Positions 27,436-44,647 are shown, numbered from the stretch's first letter. The stretch is 64,000 nucleotides of DNA from Octopus vulgaris (GCA_951406725.2 OX597816.1:97898001-97962000), one strand, 5' to 3'. Numbers and translations are program-made. Notes: generated from the sequence alone by a model not told the origin.

Positions 27436-27844
27436 AAGTACCTATCCTTTAATCTTATAAATTAGTTTAAGGTTGCTTTGTCTTCATGTATAGGTTAGAT
27501 CAGTTACCGTACGGGATTCTGAGGTTGAGTAATTTGTTTCAAAAATATGTGCTTTGGCTTCTATCCCAAAGTGTGCTTGTAGGCAGATGTTAGGGAGCCT
27601 AAACAAGATCTATGGACAAAAATAAGGTTGATCCTGTTCTTGTTTGATATATTTAATTGACACCAGAGGTTAATTCCGACCACTAGATCTTGGGTGCATT
27701 TAGTTGAATACTCTTTGTTGCTGTCAGTCTGGTAATCTATTTCGCTGAAAGATAAATTTCTCATTTCTTCTCATCAGTCCATGAGGTAATGTCTACTGGT
27801 GTTGCACTTAAATCATTCAATGATTCATTACACAACACCACGCG

Positions 27845-27882
27845 CGCACAAACATACACACATACACACAGTCTCTCTTACA

Positions 27883-27949
<67 letters not shown>

Positions 27950-27952
27950 ATA
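27845..27952. repeat. (CA)n microsatellite
   Basis: Direct inspection. Confidence 0.95.
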
Positions 27953-30900
27953 TCGTAAGGTGTATCTTTCAAACGAATTTTTGATATGTATATGAAAGCA
28001 AATATTTATATATATTCCGTGAAGCTTTTCATAGAACTAGACAGAATTATTCAGCCATTCGTTGATCAAAAACATCCTTTGATGAATGACCCAGTCTATT
28101 AGTATTTGGGATTAGAATAAAGATAGAATTTAATTGCATTTATAATACCATCGTTTCTGCTCAGCTACCATCCAAATGTAGCATGTTATTTTTGAAAATA
28201 TAATCTCTAAATATATTATAAACGTATTGAATTTGAAAAGAAAATGTTTAATGTTGTGGAATTTATTACAATGAGTGTGTGATCTTTCTGAAAGACTGAA
28301 TCCATTCACTAACCAGATTTGTTTGGCTTGCATTACGTTCAATCTCTGCAATGTTCAGTCATGAAAGGACCCTGTATTCATGGTCTTATCTAACTCAGAC
28401 GATTGGATGCCGATTGGTTTGCAAAGAGATTCCGGTAACGCAGTCAGTCTCTGATCCTATAATGGCATCCCTAAATAGAGTGCAACAATAGGACATGAAT
28501 TTCTAAAAGAATTTGAACTCAACACCCAAGGAGCTGTGTTATAATGCAAGTCTCGGGGAAATTATGTAGTCTGCCAAGTACCAATTCTTGGTGCAATATT
28601 GTATGCAGGTGGTTTTTGATGGTCCCCATGTTGTAAAACAGTGTTTGTAATTGCTAGTTTGAACTCAGAGCAGAGGGCGGGACGAAGCTAACACCATGTT
28701 TGCTTGTGACACCAGACCATCTGCCCGCATCTTTCCCTACTCTTGCATTGTGATCTCATACAATTGTCAACTTGGTCTTCATCAAAAGGGGCATTAACTA
28801 ACCCTCACGAAATGTAGAAAGAATTTTATACTAAACTGAGAGAGGTGCTGTGCAAAATTCCCTGCAATTACATACATACATACACTGTCACACACACACG
28901 CAAACACACACATATGCACCTTATATAACCGAAATTCATTTAAAATATACCTCAAAACTAAATGTCGAGTCACTGCATAATTTACATTAATTCATGAACA
29001 TTCATATGATTTTACCTTCATTTATAGCGATTTCAATGCGGTATTTGGTCTTTAAATGTATTCTGTTTCTCAATACAACTCTCTAGTTATGCAATGACTT
29101 ATTTTTTATCTCTAAACATACGTTTGAAGTTTATAGATTCTGTAAAGTAAGACATAACATATTTGCTAATACACATCGTAAACGATTTAATTATATAAAA
29201 CGCTAATTGTTGTTGAAATAATATGAGCTACAATAATAGTAGCATGTGTTTGAAGAAACGTTATATGTATATCAAGAAGCATTCGAATTACACAGGTACA
29301 GGACACTTTTCTATGTTATCAGACAACGTGCGACGTTAAGGACATGAGAGCGCGATGTTTGACATTTGTTGAAGCAAATCACAATATATTCTCTATGCAT
29401 ATATCTTATATCCCGCGGTACAAGGAATCTAAGTGTAATCGAAAGTTCTACTAATGACAATATTCGACGTTTTAGCCCACTGCTTATTTCGATTATAGGT
29501 CTGTTTTACAATGGCAAATGACATTTCCTGAAACATAATCGAATTTCCGAAATATGCATTCGTGTTAATCAATTACCGTTCCTAATCTAATGTAGTTAAT
29601 TGTCAATTAAACTTTACTTCAAGCTGACCTTTATAAAGGATCATTGACGAAGAAAAGAACTTTAACTGGCAACATTCATTTTATTACACTCCATACTAAT
29701 GTCCGTATTAAGCAGAATAATGTTGTAAACTACACACTAACGCCCAACAGTGGTGGAATGGAATATAATGAATTCATTGATGCGGAAAATACATTCTCAA
29801 TGCCAACTGAAATCCGTTTGTGTTAGACCTAATGTGACGTTATATGGCTGCTTGATGTACTATAAATTCCAGCCAAATTTCCTCCTAATCTCATCCTATT
29901 ATCTTAAGAACAAAAGTACACATTGGAGAATATATATGATTTACCGAATGATAGGGTTGGTCACGGCTGCTGGAATTTGATTTTACCATGTCTCTCTTAA
30001 AACAACCCCACCTAGGCCTATGCAAAATGCAATAAAAATCGAAGCGTTTCAATTCTTTTAAAACTTATTACACATTTTGTTTCCTACCTTGGAAAACTCC
30101 GTAATTTAATTCCGAAATGCTTTCCCTGATGTAGTAATGCTAATGGTTTTTATAACTCACACTCTCCAGATTTGTGACCATGTGCACATAACCGTTCTAT
30201 TTCGAAATAAGCTATGAAAAATTGCGAGAAAATTTACTATATTATTTCACACATAACGCTGTTAAATTTCATTTCCTTAAGAAAAAGATTTATTATCTTA
30301 ATTTGTCTTCTAGATTTAGCGAAATAGACAACGACTGCGTTATCAAGTACATAATAATGAGTCGTCACAGAATATTAAACGAAAGACAGTATTCATTTCC
30401 CCACTTTCATATGTACGAATCCACATATATGCGTAAGTTCACAGACATAGAAAGTGATATATTATGATACATTCCATCATAGACTGTATCCACAAGGGAA
30501 GTATAACAATAAGCCACTTAGATAATAATGAAAAAGTGACAACAGCAAACTTGAGCTATTTCCCAAGGCACCACATTATACACAACCGAGGCTGATGTAT
30601 GATTGTTCGACTTCAATGCGGATTCAGAAATATCATAGTTGTTTAATTGATAAGAATAGTAAATGTGAATGTGAGAGAGGAATGTAAAGTGGATTCAAGA
30701 GAGAAGAGCTAATATCATAATGAGAATACATTCGATTAGGTGATCGTTTGCTTCGAAGCCGCTTAACGCATGAAAATTTATCGATTTCTTTCATTGATGT
30801 AATATTTTTTTTCCGTTGAAAGTATAGTATCTTGACAATAAGGAATGTCTTACTGATATAAATTACTAATTATTTGTGTATATAGTTTGAGAGACGTATA

Positions 30901-33220
30901 ATTCCTTGTTCGATATACTGTTTTATATGATTGTATGGTAAATACATTTCCTCCCCGACAAATAAATAATAAAATTGAAACCACTTTTCATCTGGAATTT
31001 TCTGAGTGATCTAATTAACAGTTAAAAATTGGGACTTCCAGTATCAAGCACTATGATAATGCAGAGAAATTGAAATAAAATATTTAGAAAATCTTTTTCA
31101 CGTAAACCGAAATCTTATAAAACTATGATATCGTAGTTATGGGTATCATTTTATGATTTCCAATGACGATTTGGATACCATTATAAGTGATATTGACAGG
31201 TGTATTGTTAAGAGTTGTTTAAATATATAGAATGCATTAGATATTCTCAATAAACAAAATGTATATGAATGTGTAAAAAGTTGCCTTTGCAATCTTAGAG
31301 TCTCAACTTCGGCCACATTGTTTGCAGTATTGTAGTAGTGACTTCTGTTATATCCTTTGGGAAATCCATGGCTTGAAAAACTTTTGGTTTGACGGAAACC
31401 GACTGAGAGTCCGTCGAATGGTTTGTGCCTATCATTAAAAATATTCCTTGCCCCCTTTTTACACCATATAACGCTTGTGCTAGGAGAAAAAATCCGTTTC
31501 TCTAAATTCCGCAGCCACTTACATGCAAAATTATTGATCGAACAACTGGGCGTTTATAAGTCATTTTAGAAATAATCTACACTACCTTGTAAATGGTAGT
31601 GTACATTTTTTCGTACACTATACTACACTGAAAAGTGTTGCCAGATATATAAATTAAATATTGCATTATAAATATTTGTCTCGGGAATACCAGATGTATA
31701 GAACTGTCTACACTAAACTCATACAGAATTAATCCTGATTTCTCATGCTAGAGACACAACAGCGATGAGAAATAGAGACACTGTTCCAACTCCTTGCACT
31801 ACGAAAACGTAACAAACATTCAATATAAAACTTCCTCGGTTATATATAATTTCTGTGTGGTGTAGAAAATGACAACAATACATTGAATATTTTCTTAGGT
31901 AAGTAATGAAAATGATAGATACCAAAAAAATAAAAATGAGATTTACAATGCAGCCTTTAGTATTAAAGATGTTATTCCCAAAAGTAAACCGAATATATAT
32001 TGCTTCATTAATTAATAAAACTAAATAATTTCTAATGGCTGAAAACATTTAACTTGATAGGTATGCTGAGAAGGGATGTAAAGATGCAATTCTGTTTGAA
32101 ATTGATTCTTATGAAGTTTTGAATTTGTTAAACAAATTAGTAGAACATATGATTAATGGGGATAATAAATAATGTAAAACATACAATAAAATCCAACGCT
32201 TTATACAGAGGGAAAATCTTTTGAATGGAAGCGGACAAGTCTTTTCAACAAATTAATCAATGTTGTCTTTCCTACAGTGAAAGTATCAAGGATTATCATA
32301 AAATATGGATTATGATTCTAAACTAGTCATATTCTGGAGTGGAAAATGACATCCACTCATTTTACTTTAGCTCAAAATACACGCTGGGATAATTAGTTCC
32401 AAAGATATTTGATAATCCAATTCCTTTGGTTTTGATCGAAAATATAATAACCGCCACAAGTGGTCAGCTATTTTAAACTATTAAGCTATTCCCTTAGCTT
32501 TTCGATGACATGATGATAGAAATCGTTACAATTACAAATAACATCTTACCAGTCTAAATATTTGAATTAATAACACGTTGATATGTATATCAATCACTGC
32601 TTAACGCACATAATTCGTATTTAACTATGACAGGGCAACTGGATAGCGTTATGAGAAATTTGAACGTCATTTCATTAAGAGTAACTTAATCTCTGAGTTT
32701 TTTCTGGGTTGCCTCTGTTTCCACTCTTCCATGTTGTGAAAGCAACCATTTCAAAATGCATGCAACGATCCTCGTTACCAGAGGACGCTTTGAACTGACT
32801 ATGGCGTATTCAAACCATTTTCTCTGCAGCGAGAATGGTTCTTCAAAGCGTGCTGTATTGAATGACCTTTTTACAGGTTCGATTATGTCCCAACTATTTG
32901 AACTGATGACAAGTTTATGCCGTTAGCAACAAACCTAGTGATACATGCAGATGCAGGAAAGTGGAAAATTAAAACATTCTTTCCAGTTATTCATTGGCAT
33001 TGGATAGATATAACTGGGGACATAATTTGGTCTTTAATGTCATCTTCAAAGCTAAAAAGATCCAAATTTCTCTCATCAAAAATAGCATATATAACTGACA
33101 GAAGAAACCAGCAAGAAATTTCATTAGCTTCTTGCGTCCAGGGCAACAGAACTGTTTCAAGGAACATTATTTACATTATTTACATTCGACGGATATTTGT
33201 CCTCATCTTGTTTGTTGTTG

Positions 33221-33257
33221 ACACAACGTTTCGACTGATACTAGCCTTCTTCAGGTA
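33221..33257 (-). ncRNA. Minimal hammerhead-like motif
   Basis: Minus strand: ac CTGAAGA a GGCT agtatc AGTC GAAACGTT gtgt; palindromic ACGT stem III. Confidence 0.5.
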
Positions 33258-33265
33258 TTTTTCGA

Positions 33266-34907
<1,642 letters not shown>

Positions 34908-34913
34908 TTATTA

Positions 34914-34957
<44 letters not shown>

Positions 34958-35599
34958 CATCATCATTATTATTATTATTATCATTATTTAACCACTATAC
35001 CATATATGCCCGTGGAGTGAATTTTAGGGCTTATAAATCTAATATTTTTCTATCATTCCTCAATACCGGTACCCAGTAAACGATGAGAATGAGCACATGG
35101 TAATTCCTCAAGCTTTGAAACCAGTGTGGCTTTGATTGCAAATTCCACTACTGTTTCTCTCTTATAGATCTCATATTTGCCCCACCAGCAGATTTCTCTA
35201 CAAAATTCCCTTTTCCATGAATTCTTGTTTGAGCTAATGCTACAACATCCATATTGTTTCGCTGTAACTCTTTTCCAACAAACGCAGAACGTCTTTCCGG
35301 ACGGGATTTCAGACAATCATTGTCTAATTAAATTCGAACATTCCAAAATCTTATATTCACAAGCTTGCATCTCAACCTGAATTTACTCACAGTTGCAGCT
35401 CGATGAGACTGAATCCAGGCTGCGGTACCCTGGGACTAGACCACAGAGCAAAATGTTCCAGAGCCCTTTTTGCCATTTGCTTCAATATCAATATCAATAT
35501 CAATATCAATTTTCATTGCTTGGTTTTGCCTTTTTAGGCTTCGGCCAACGTTGTACATACGAGATGTGCATTTCTTTCTTCCTCTCAAGAAATACCTCC

Positions 35600-35758
35600 A
35601 TACACACATACATGCATACATACGTACATACATACATACATGCATACATACGTACATGTATACATACATACGTACATGCATACATACGTACATGCATACA
35701 TACGTACATGCATACATACATACATATATACATGCATACATACATATATACATACATA
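35600..35758. repeat. (CATA)n-type microsatellite
   Basis: Direct inspection. Confidence 0.9.
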
Positions 35759-36005
35759 AAAAGGAATACTGGTGGAATATATAAGTGAAAACCTCAATAA
35801 AATGCAAGACAGACCTAATATGATGATTTGGGATAAAGAAGAGAAACTGCACAGCTGTAGAAATTAGCTGCCCAGCAGATATTAACATGAATCTGATCAT
35901 CAATGAAAATAGAACACCTATACTGAATTATTGAGAAATCTGCAGTTATTCCAATATCCAGATTGCAAGTTCAGGTATATACCTGTAATTATTGGGGCTC
36001 TACAC
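35759..36005 (+). mobile_element. Decayed RLE-type non-LTR retrotransposon endonuclease fragment
   Basis: KEYWWNI..KTSIKCK, IWDKEEKL..AVEISCPADIN, LLRNLQL..YPDCKFRYIPVIIGAL across frameshifts. Confidence 0.75.
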
Positions 36006-37763
36006 TGGATACACATGAGAATGTTGATACAAGTAAAACCTGAGCTAATAAATATCTCGAGAGGTAGCAGATGCAACATAGACCGCCAGAGAAAAATCTG
36101 TGTTAAAACTGATTACCTCAAGGCTTTCTGCCACCACCAACAGAAAACGGCAGCTGAAAGAAGGTCACTACCACTGCCAACACCTTAACTTCAGTACCAA
36201 CCACAACAACATAAATAGGACGAAGGCTCGAAACCTTTCCTTCTACACAACTAAGGCAATTGATCCGCCTCATGTTCAGCCCTCTGGCTGTGCATACTTA
36301 GAAACAGTGTGAATGCATTTCATCTGGTGTTGAATCGAAGCGGAGTCACATGTTCAGTGACAGGTTACTATATAGAAATATACAAATTTCCAAGTCTGCA
36401 AGGAGGCGGAATCGTTATATTGTCTCAGAAATGCCTACACCTTGGGATACGCAAAATGATCTCTAAATTAGAACTTAAGTTTTTGATCCTGGGTGTAACC
36501 AGCAACGAAAGAGGTGATTTCAGAGTAGTAGATGTCTGAAAGGTAGTTAAGTTAACAAACCTGATGCAGGTCGGGCTCTGAGCAATTCAACATTGGATTG
36601 GGTCATACATCGGTATTCAGTAGCTGTTCGCAAAGGGAATACTAAGCGAACTAAGATGTGGAAGCTCACTGTCGGTATAGGCGGACGACCTCACCATAAA
36701 ATGTCAGATGCTAAGCATATGATGGTACCAGTACTGACCTAAGGGAGTAGAAGATGGTGACAGGATGGAAAAGTAACAAAGAATATTCAGTTGGTCTACA
36801 GTTCGGCAAGTGGAGAGGCCACTCTATACTGTCTAACTGTGAAGTTATGCGTTGGTTAAGCGACCAGTTTGAATTGGCAGGAATTTCTTTTGTTTCAGAC
36901 CACCAAATCGACAAGGACGTGCAAACAATGACAAGCATTTTGGCTTGCCTGACTCAGAAATAAGCTTGTAAGAAGTTATCCTGAAAGGTGGTACAGAAGT
37001 GGAGAACTCTTAGATTGCTTCAATCATCTACTACCACCGACTTTCGTAATTTTCCTCATTTCATATCTGAACAGAGTGGATTACCTGCTCTTTTTGTAAA
37101 GGGGGTGCGTTCCATTGTTCAGGAACTCCATTTGTTTTAAACAACCGAGGAAAAGAGGATTAGGCAGGCCTGGCTAATGATGTGGATACATGCACAAAGG
37201 CAGTGGTATCTCCAGCATGTCATTACTTGTAAAGACAGCTTAAGGTTTTGTGGTAAATTTGTTCAGGTCATTACAGTTGTTTGTATATTTGCTCTCTAAT
37301 TATTATCATATATGTTCGATTTTCATCAAGGTCGACTTAATTGCTAATATGTTCAGGCTGGTTATAGCTTCATTACACTTCATTCTTGTAATATTCAAAT
37401 TAATCATTAATGCACTTTTATCTTTCTGTTATGAAGAACCTGTATTACTTGTTCTGACTGAATGCTCTATCATTTCCATATTGACACATACAAGACCAAA
37501 AAAAAAAAGAAAAAAGAAAAAAGAAAAAAGCAAATCGCTTGTTATATGAGTTCAGTCAGCGTTCTTTATAGCAGTTAAACTTTTGTAGGTAAGCTTTGCC
37601 ACGATATTTTCTCACGACGTATGCTTTCGGAGATAATGTGAGTTAAATAGAGACCCTTCTGATACAATATATATTGTCTCAGAGCAGTCTCTACAGAAGA
37701 GATATTTGTCATTTATATTGAAGAGGTTGAAAATATTGCGCTCATTATTTCTAGCGATGGAAA

Positions 37764-37985
37764 CTGCAAGCTGGCAGAATCGTTAGCACACGGGATAGAA
37801 TGCTTGACGGCACTTCGTCTATTTTTACATTCTGATTTCAAGTTCCGCCGAATTAGGACTTTGCCTTTCATCCTTTCACCCTTTCGGAATCGATAGAATA
37901 GTACCAGTCGAATACTGAATCGATGTAATTGACTTAACCCCACCGCCTAAATTACTGGCCATAATCCAAAATTTGAAACCAATAT
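37764..37985 (+). mobile_element. SINE-like repeat family A
   Basis: caagctggcagaatcgttagcac...gactttgcctttcatcctttc...taccagt...aaatttgaaacc. Confidence 0.8.
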
Positions 37986-38602
37986 TTCAATCTACGACTG
38001 TCTGTTCTTATGCTGCAAACATTCACGATCTAGCTGCCTCCTACAGGCTACATCTTTGTTGCACATCCGGTACAGAAGTGATTTCTTCATTTTTATTAGT
38101 TGATACGGGATAGGAATTTCCCCAATATGCTTCTATGTTTGTTCACCACGATTAACATACATTTATTTTCCTAATAACTATAGATTCAAGCATTTCTGTT
38201 CGAAGTCTAAAAAAGGTTTACTGTAAGACATCACGTTGATATTGATTTACTGCTTATTCAAAACTACGATCAGCAACGGTACGTAGGAAACATTGTGAAT
38301 TGGAGTAGAAGTAGGCAATATCACACACAACGATCCGCTGCATTCTACTCTAGGGATATGCATTCGTTGAGATAAAGCTTATTGTGTTATATGTAGTGAT
38401 TTTAAATGAGAGACTTGCCTTACAGTCCACGGGATTTAGATTTGTTTCGATACACTTTATTATCACAGAACTCCAGCTGATATAGCTCACCACACGCGAG
38501 CTATAGTGCTATGATGACAATATTTTTTAAGTTTGAATATTGAATGTTCATTGTTCAGATTTTAACATCTTTTGTTACGTTAACGGAGAAAAGCACAGTC
38601 AA

Positions 38603-38830
38603 TTCTTCTTCTTCTTCTTCTTCTTCTTCTTCTTCTTCTTCTTCTTCTTCTTCTCCTTCTTCTTCTTCTTCTTCTCTTCCTCATCTTCTTCCCTCCTCCT
38701 TCTCCATCCCTTCTCTTCCTTATTTTTGCCTACTCTTCTAATTTTCTATCTCTCCACCTCCTTCTCCCCTCCTTTTCGTCCTTATCCACTCTCCTCCTCC
38801 TCCACGTCCTTCTCCCTCTTCCTTCTTCCC
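38603..38830. repeat. (TTC)n/(TCC)n low-complexity tract
   Basis: Direct inspection. Confidence 0.9.
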
Positions 38831-39069
38831 TCCTCGTCTCCATATTTTGTCTTTCAAATTTTTATGATCGATAACTTAAATGGTGACCTCATATCATGAC
38901 CTCGCTTAGTATTCCCTTTGAGAACAGCTACTGAATACCGATGTTTGACGCAATTCAATGATGTATTGCTCAATGCCAGACCTGTATTAGGTTTGTTAAG
39001 TTATCTACCTTTCAGATTATTCTGATCTCAATGAATCCCTATCAACGTGCGCGTATGATGCTTCGCCAG

Positions 39070-39200
39070 TACTCTTGCTCGTGATCAGAGATGCGCATGT
39101 CGTCAGCCTCTAAGGGACATGCTCAACTAGCCAAGGTCAAGCAACTGGCAGCAAATATGCGCTATTGAACAGAATACTTGCGGTTACTCATCTTTTATCA
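39070..39200. mobile_element. Fragment of the 33299-33857 repeat family
   Basis: tgctcgtgatcagagatgc.cat.tcgtcagcc.ctaagggacatgctcaact...aaggtcaa.caactg shared. Confidence 0.8.
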
Positions 39201-40849
39201 TCGTCGTCATCATCAACGTCGTGGTCGTCATTGTCCGCCTCCTCCTCCTCCTCCTCCTCCTCCTCATCATCATCATCATCAACGAGGACAACATCATATT
39301 GTCGCATATATTTTCTTCATCTATTTATCATTTTCACCATCACGTAAATTATGTTTAGTAATTGTTTATGGCTTTTCGACGTTTCGTTAATACAGTGCAT
39401 TCCTTGCTTCCGAATATTATTTTCATGTCTCTTTTGAATATGCTTACGATTTCCATTAAAGAGAACAGTTAATTCTTCACTTTCCTATGTAGCCACAACT
39501 AAACAGTGGATGATCCACTATTACCTGTTATTTCCTTGTAAATATTCTTTCTTAGCTTCCCTTAGTATAATCGATAGAGGAAGCAGAGATGACCTTACAG
39601 TGTGATTTTCCATATGAATTGAAATATTCTGATATAAAATGACGAATTTGGATCGTTATTTCAAGTAATCCCTCACAACTGGAAGAATCGATTACAGGTT
39701 TTCTCCGTTCTACAGGCCAGTGATGAAAATTGATTCTATAAACACAGTGGTTGATCTGAAAATAACCTTCCTTGAATAAAGCTGACTTTTAGTTTAGATG
39801 TGGTCGTTGTTAATGAGACTCGGATTCCAGGTATATTGTTACACGCACTTTATACCAAAACTTCCGATGTATACCCAAGTGACGGTCGGTCAAAACCCAT
39901 CGAGTTGTCGGGGCTGTTACCGAAAAACCAGTGATCCAGGATATAAACAGCAACAAATATGGTACCTTCAGAGTAATGGATATTCATTATTCATTTACAC
40001 ATGGGATAGTGTAAGTGGAGTACTTCAAGTGCTTCAGAATTGTTTTTGAAAAGGTTGCTGTTAGTAGGGAATTAATAGCATTGTAATTAGAACGCCCACC
40101 GGGAAAACGTAACGGAAGATGTAAAGGAAATACCATGTAAAAGTTTGGAAATCCATTCTGGCATGTATAGCTGTCTGTTGTATTGAAACAAAGATGGTTG
40201 TAGTGGATGAGTTTAACCATTAGGAATTTTTGGTTGTCGTCAATGCAACCCGCTGCTACTCATTTCCATAACCGGATTCCTTTAAGTTACGGCAGCATCT
40301 GATCAGAGGTCAAATTACATTCCATCCATAAGAATGGTTGCAAGTGACAGGCATTCTATTTCATTGATATTTTTTTATGGATCTTGTATCATAGATGATA
40401 ACGTTAGGGATGTTAGGAAGTCAATCACATAACTAGAGTGCATGAAGCTGTGTTAGCATACTCATACTACTTCAGCCTTAAGGCAGAGCAGAATTTATAT
40501 TGCACCTGAAGGGATGTAAGGCCAAAATTTATATCAGGATGAGAAAGTCAATTTTCCTCTTGCATGGCATCGAAAGATGCACACCTCATAAATGCTACCT
40601 GCATAGAATGTTGGATTAATCGTTCCTTTAACTTATCTAGCGTCTTAATTTGACACAAAATTTAGATACATGTTACTTGCAAGTTAGCCTGTCTGATCCA
40701 CAAATAGTTACAATTATATCTGAGGCTTGAAAGCGAGATGGTAAATATATATATATATATCTTCAGCTATGCTGTGACTTTCGCTAAACTTAGAACATCT
40801 TGTTCCTTTCTCTATCACTTAAGCAATGGGGCTTGTGATGAAAGAAATG

Positions 40850-40945
40850 CATATATTGCCAGCCACTAAGAAACATGCTCAAGTTGTTAAGGTCAAGCAA
40901 TAGACAAGCAAATGTGTGGTAGTGAGAAGAATATTTGCAATAACG
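40850..40945. mobile_element. Fragment of the 33299-33857 repeat family
   Basis: cagccactaag..acatgctcaa..gttaaggtcaa.caa..gacaagcaaat.tgtggta..gag.agaatatttgc shared. Confidence 0.75.
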
Positions 40946-41877
40946 ATATTTCTGCTTTTGCAATCATTGCTGATTCTGTCTGAAATATAATGGGAAATAG
41001 GTCACTTCAAAATATTGTTATCCAGATCACAAAAGCAAAGTTTGAGGGGAACAGTCATTTCCTATGATTTCTAGATGCAAGCAAGTAGGAAATAATACTT
41101 ACTAACCAGAGACAAGAATAAAAGAAAAATATTGTTTTCTTACACAATATTAATTTCAAGACACATTTATTTTCTTTTTATACTTTCGTTTACTTCACAT
41201 ACTTTTTAAAGCCCTTCTGCATATCTCCCAACACTGTCTCGGTTCGCGTGAAAAATACTAGAAACTACATCTGTAGGTAGGAGAACAGTATTTGGAAGAC
41301 AGCTGTTAAAGTTAGTGATTAGAGTAACATTGAATATGCGGGCTTTCTTAAATGATGCTAGCAAGAAGCATTCCATTATTAGGAACATTAATATCGTCCA
41401 TACGTTCAGGTATTAGAATATTATGTATAATGTTCACCTCGTTGTTTGATTTGTTAATCACCACTAGATTTTTGGAACTACTACAATATTTGTAACCTGT
41501 CATTGTAATGTTCCCTCCATCCGACGCTGCTTGCGAAAAGGACGAAGAAAGAGAAGAAAAATGATAAAATGAAGAAGGGGAGGGAGGAAGGAGACTATGA
41601 TGGAGGAGGAAAGAGAGAAAGGAATCTTGTCACTGTTTTCCCCCACATGCCTGAGAGTCAATGTTTTCCATCTCTCATTCCTCCAGGTATCCAGATAATG
41701 GTGCCGTCTCTCATTCCTCCAGGTATCCAGATAAAGGTGCCATAACCTCAAAATATCGAAATACATGCTAAAACCTCAACTGCAGTTCTGTTCTAAATTT
41801 TGTAGTTTCTCTCTAATTGTTTCGGCATTGTGAAATAAGTTTTTATTTAATATCTATCTACCTCTGTATGTGCATGC

Positions 41878-42115
<238 letters not shown>

Positions 42116-43624
42116 GGATTCTATCCATATGTGTGTATGAGTGTATTTATGCATGCGTGTATGTGATAAAAACTTTTCATGCATGCATAAATACATGCAT
42201 ACGTACATGCATATGTACATGCACACGCACATACTTATATATATTGAAGGAGAGAGGAGTGGGGAGAGAGTGGGAAGGATTCTGATACCTATGGTATTAA
42301 GATCTTACGTTTATTTATGATTACATATATAGATTTTCAAATAAATATCACATGAGCCGAACTGACGAAGCTACTTCTAAGTAGTAATTTGAGCAGTTAG
42401 ATGTAGCAATGACATTTATTTCAAGTCATCGGGTACTCACTGAGACAAGATGAGATATATGGCTTGATGTTGTTTTACACGTATTATGCCAGAATAAGTG
42501 ACGTATCTGTTACGCATGTGATTTTATATCTTCTGGTGGGTGAAAAATTACAACAAACAGCAATATATCTATTGGTGGAAAGGAAATTACAAGCAGCAAT
42601 AAAAGGTGTCAAGCATTTCGCTGCAAACAACTGAATGATTTAGAAATCGTATCATGATGTTGAAATATATTCATAAATAAAAGATCTCCGTAACTTTCAA
42701 ATGGCTGCTAACACAAGAATGTAATATTAAACCGTTGCCAAGAGGTACCGTTGATAGACTTTGTTAGACATTTGCATCAATGTAGAGAGTAAAAGAATTG
42801 CAACAATATGATGTAAATATCCAAATTCTAAGGATTTATTTTGTTGATGTTTGGTGAAATAATAATTTTAAGGGGTGAGAGAATATAACTAGTCATCATA
42901 TTGGATAGATGGAATAAGTTATGAGGTATTACTTCTGAAACGAACAACTACATCACACATGCTGTTATTTTCAAATGTTATATTTAACGTTGTCTCTCAT
43001 AATAGCAAAAACGTCGTGAATTTTATGTTATAGGTTCTAAGCGAGGAGCATAGTATCTCGCCTACATGTAGTTTTAGGAGTATCCGATTGTTTGAACCAT
43101 ATTTTTTCGTTTTAAAATAATTTTAATATGTACAGGCGTGCACACAATCATTCTCTATTTCACTCCTTCTCTTTCTATTAAGCATACATAATAAATACAT
43201 ACATTTACACCCCCCCCCCACACACACACACGCACATACTTATTTCTTTTTCTTATGAACGTGTTCTTTCTACTGATCACAGGTCAGCGTGACTGGTCGG
43301 GCTTTTCCTCCTTCAGCAGCATCTATCATTTTCTGCAATCCATTGACTTTATCGCAATGACGCTGTTCTAGTTACTACATTCCTATGTAAACCACCATTG
43401 AAGAAAGTCAGAATTACTCTCCATAAGTTTTTCGCTAAAATTAACTTAGCCATTACATTTTAACATAGCACTGCGTTTAAACTCTTCTTTATATTCCCCG
43501 GACTATAAACCTAAAGAATTTCTATAGTAAACTAATATTCACTGTGATCACCCAAAGCCATGTTAAATAGCGTCGTTAAGGATATTTCTATTAGAAATAC
43601 TGATCTATTTAGAACTGAAAGAAT

Positions 43625-43835
43625 ATCGGTTTAAAATTTGACACAAGGGAAGCTATTTCGGAGGAGGAGGTAAGTCGATTACCTCGATACCAGTGATCAA
43701 CTGGTATTTATTTTGTCACCTCCGAAAGGATGAAAGGCAAAGTCATCTTTGACGGAAATTGAACTTAAAATGCATAGACGGACGAAATGTCGCAAAGTGT
43801 GTGGTCCGTTGTGCTAATGATTCTGCCAAATCCTT
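43625..43835 (-). mobile_element. SINE-like repeat family A
   Basis: Reverse complement of the 27222 and 37764 copies. Confidence 0.75.
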
Positions 43836-44084
43836 GCAATCGCAACTGAAAAAATATTGAATAACCCTACCATCTTTTACAATCAAACAGATAATTCCTC
43901 AAAATAGAATTCTTACCTAATTCCAACCTTAAGAAATACTTAGCCCAGTTTGATCCTATTTCTAGGCATTCCAAACCCAGGAGCTTAACATTTCCTACTA
44001 GCGATAGAAACATATAGACCAAACCATCGTCCCGACAAAAACAACTCATAGAACATGTCCAACAGCTTTTTTCTTAAACACAGA

Positions 44085-44500
44085 TACCCAGTGGAACCTG
44101 ATATGGACAGTATATACTTCGATGCCGAAATGCTGATGTTGACCATGCAACAACCCATCAGTGGCTCAGTCGCTCAGGACTGAAATCGGTAACTGAAGGT
44201 GGTACAAGATCAAAGCTTCCTTATCAAAAACTACCAGGCTAACGTTATTGAAAACGGTTCTGACACTGAATGCCGATTGTGCGATAAGTTTGATCAAACA
44301 ATAGACCATCTCGTCTGGAGATGTCTTATGCTGACATCAAACAAATACAAAAATCGCCACGATAGTGTAAGACAGTATTTACATTAGAAAATATGTAAAC
44401 AGTGCTGAATCAGCAATCCTGCTTAGCAGTATAAACATCATCCTGAGCCAGTCGTTGAAGGTAAAAATGTCACTATCCTCGTGGATTTTCTGGTCAACAC
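44085..44500 (+). mobile_element. Decayed R4/Dong-like LINE fragment (zinc-knuckle region)
   Basis: HQWLSRSGLKS.TEG..QDQS...CRLCDKFDQTIDHLVWRC...NRHDSV.QYLH*..C...YKHHPEPVVE. Confidence 0.85.
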
Positions 44501-44600
44501 CGAGTTTTCTTTATCGCTATCTTATATTCTCACTGGAAGATATAGAGTTATGTTCATTTTGAGAGAATGATAGGCTCGATAAATGTTATTAGTAAGCTAC

Positions 44601-44647
<47 letters not shown>

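Noticed and set aside
41671-41741. 36-bp direct repeat resembling a CRISPR repeat length
   Set aside because: Two adjacent copies with no spacer, eukaryotic context, no cas genes; simple tandem duplication
42362-42395. CTGACGA followed by a hairpin as a hammerhead
   Set aside because: No GAAA or stem III after the hairpin
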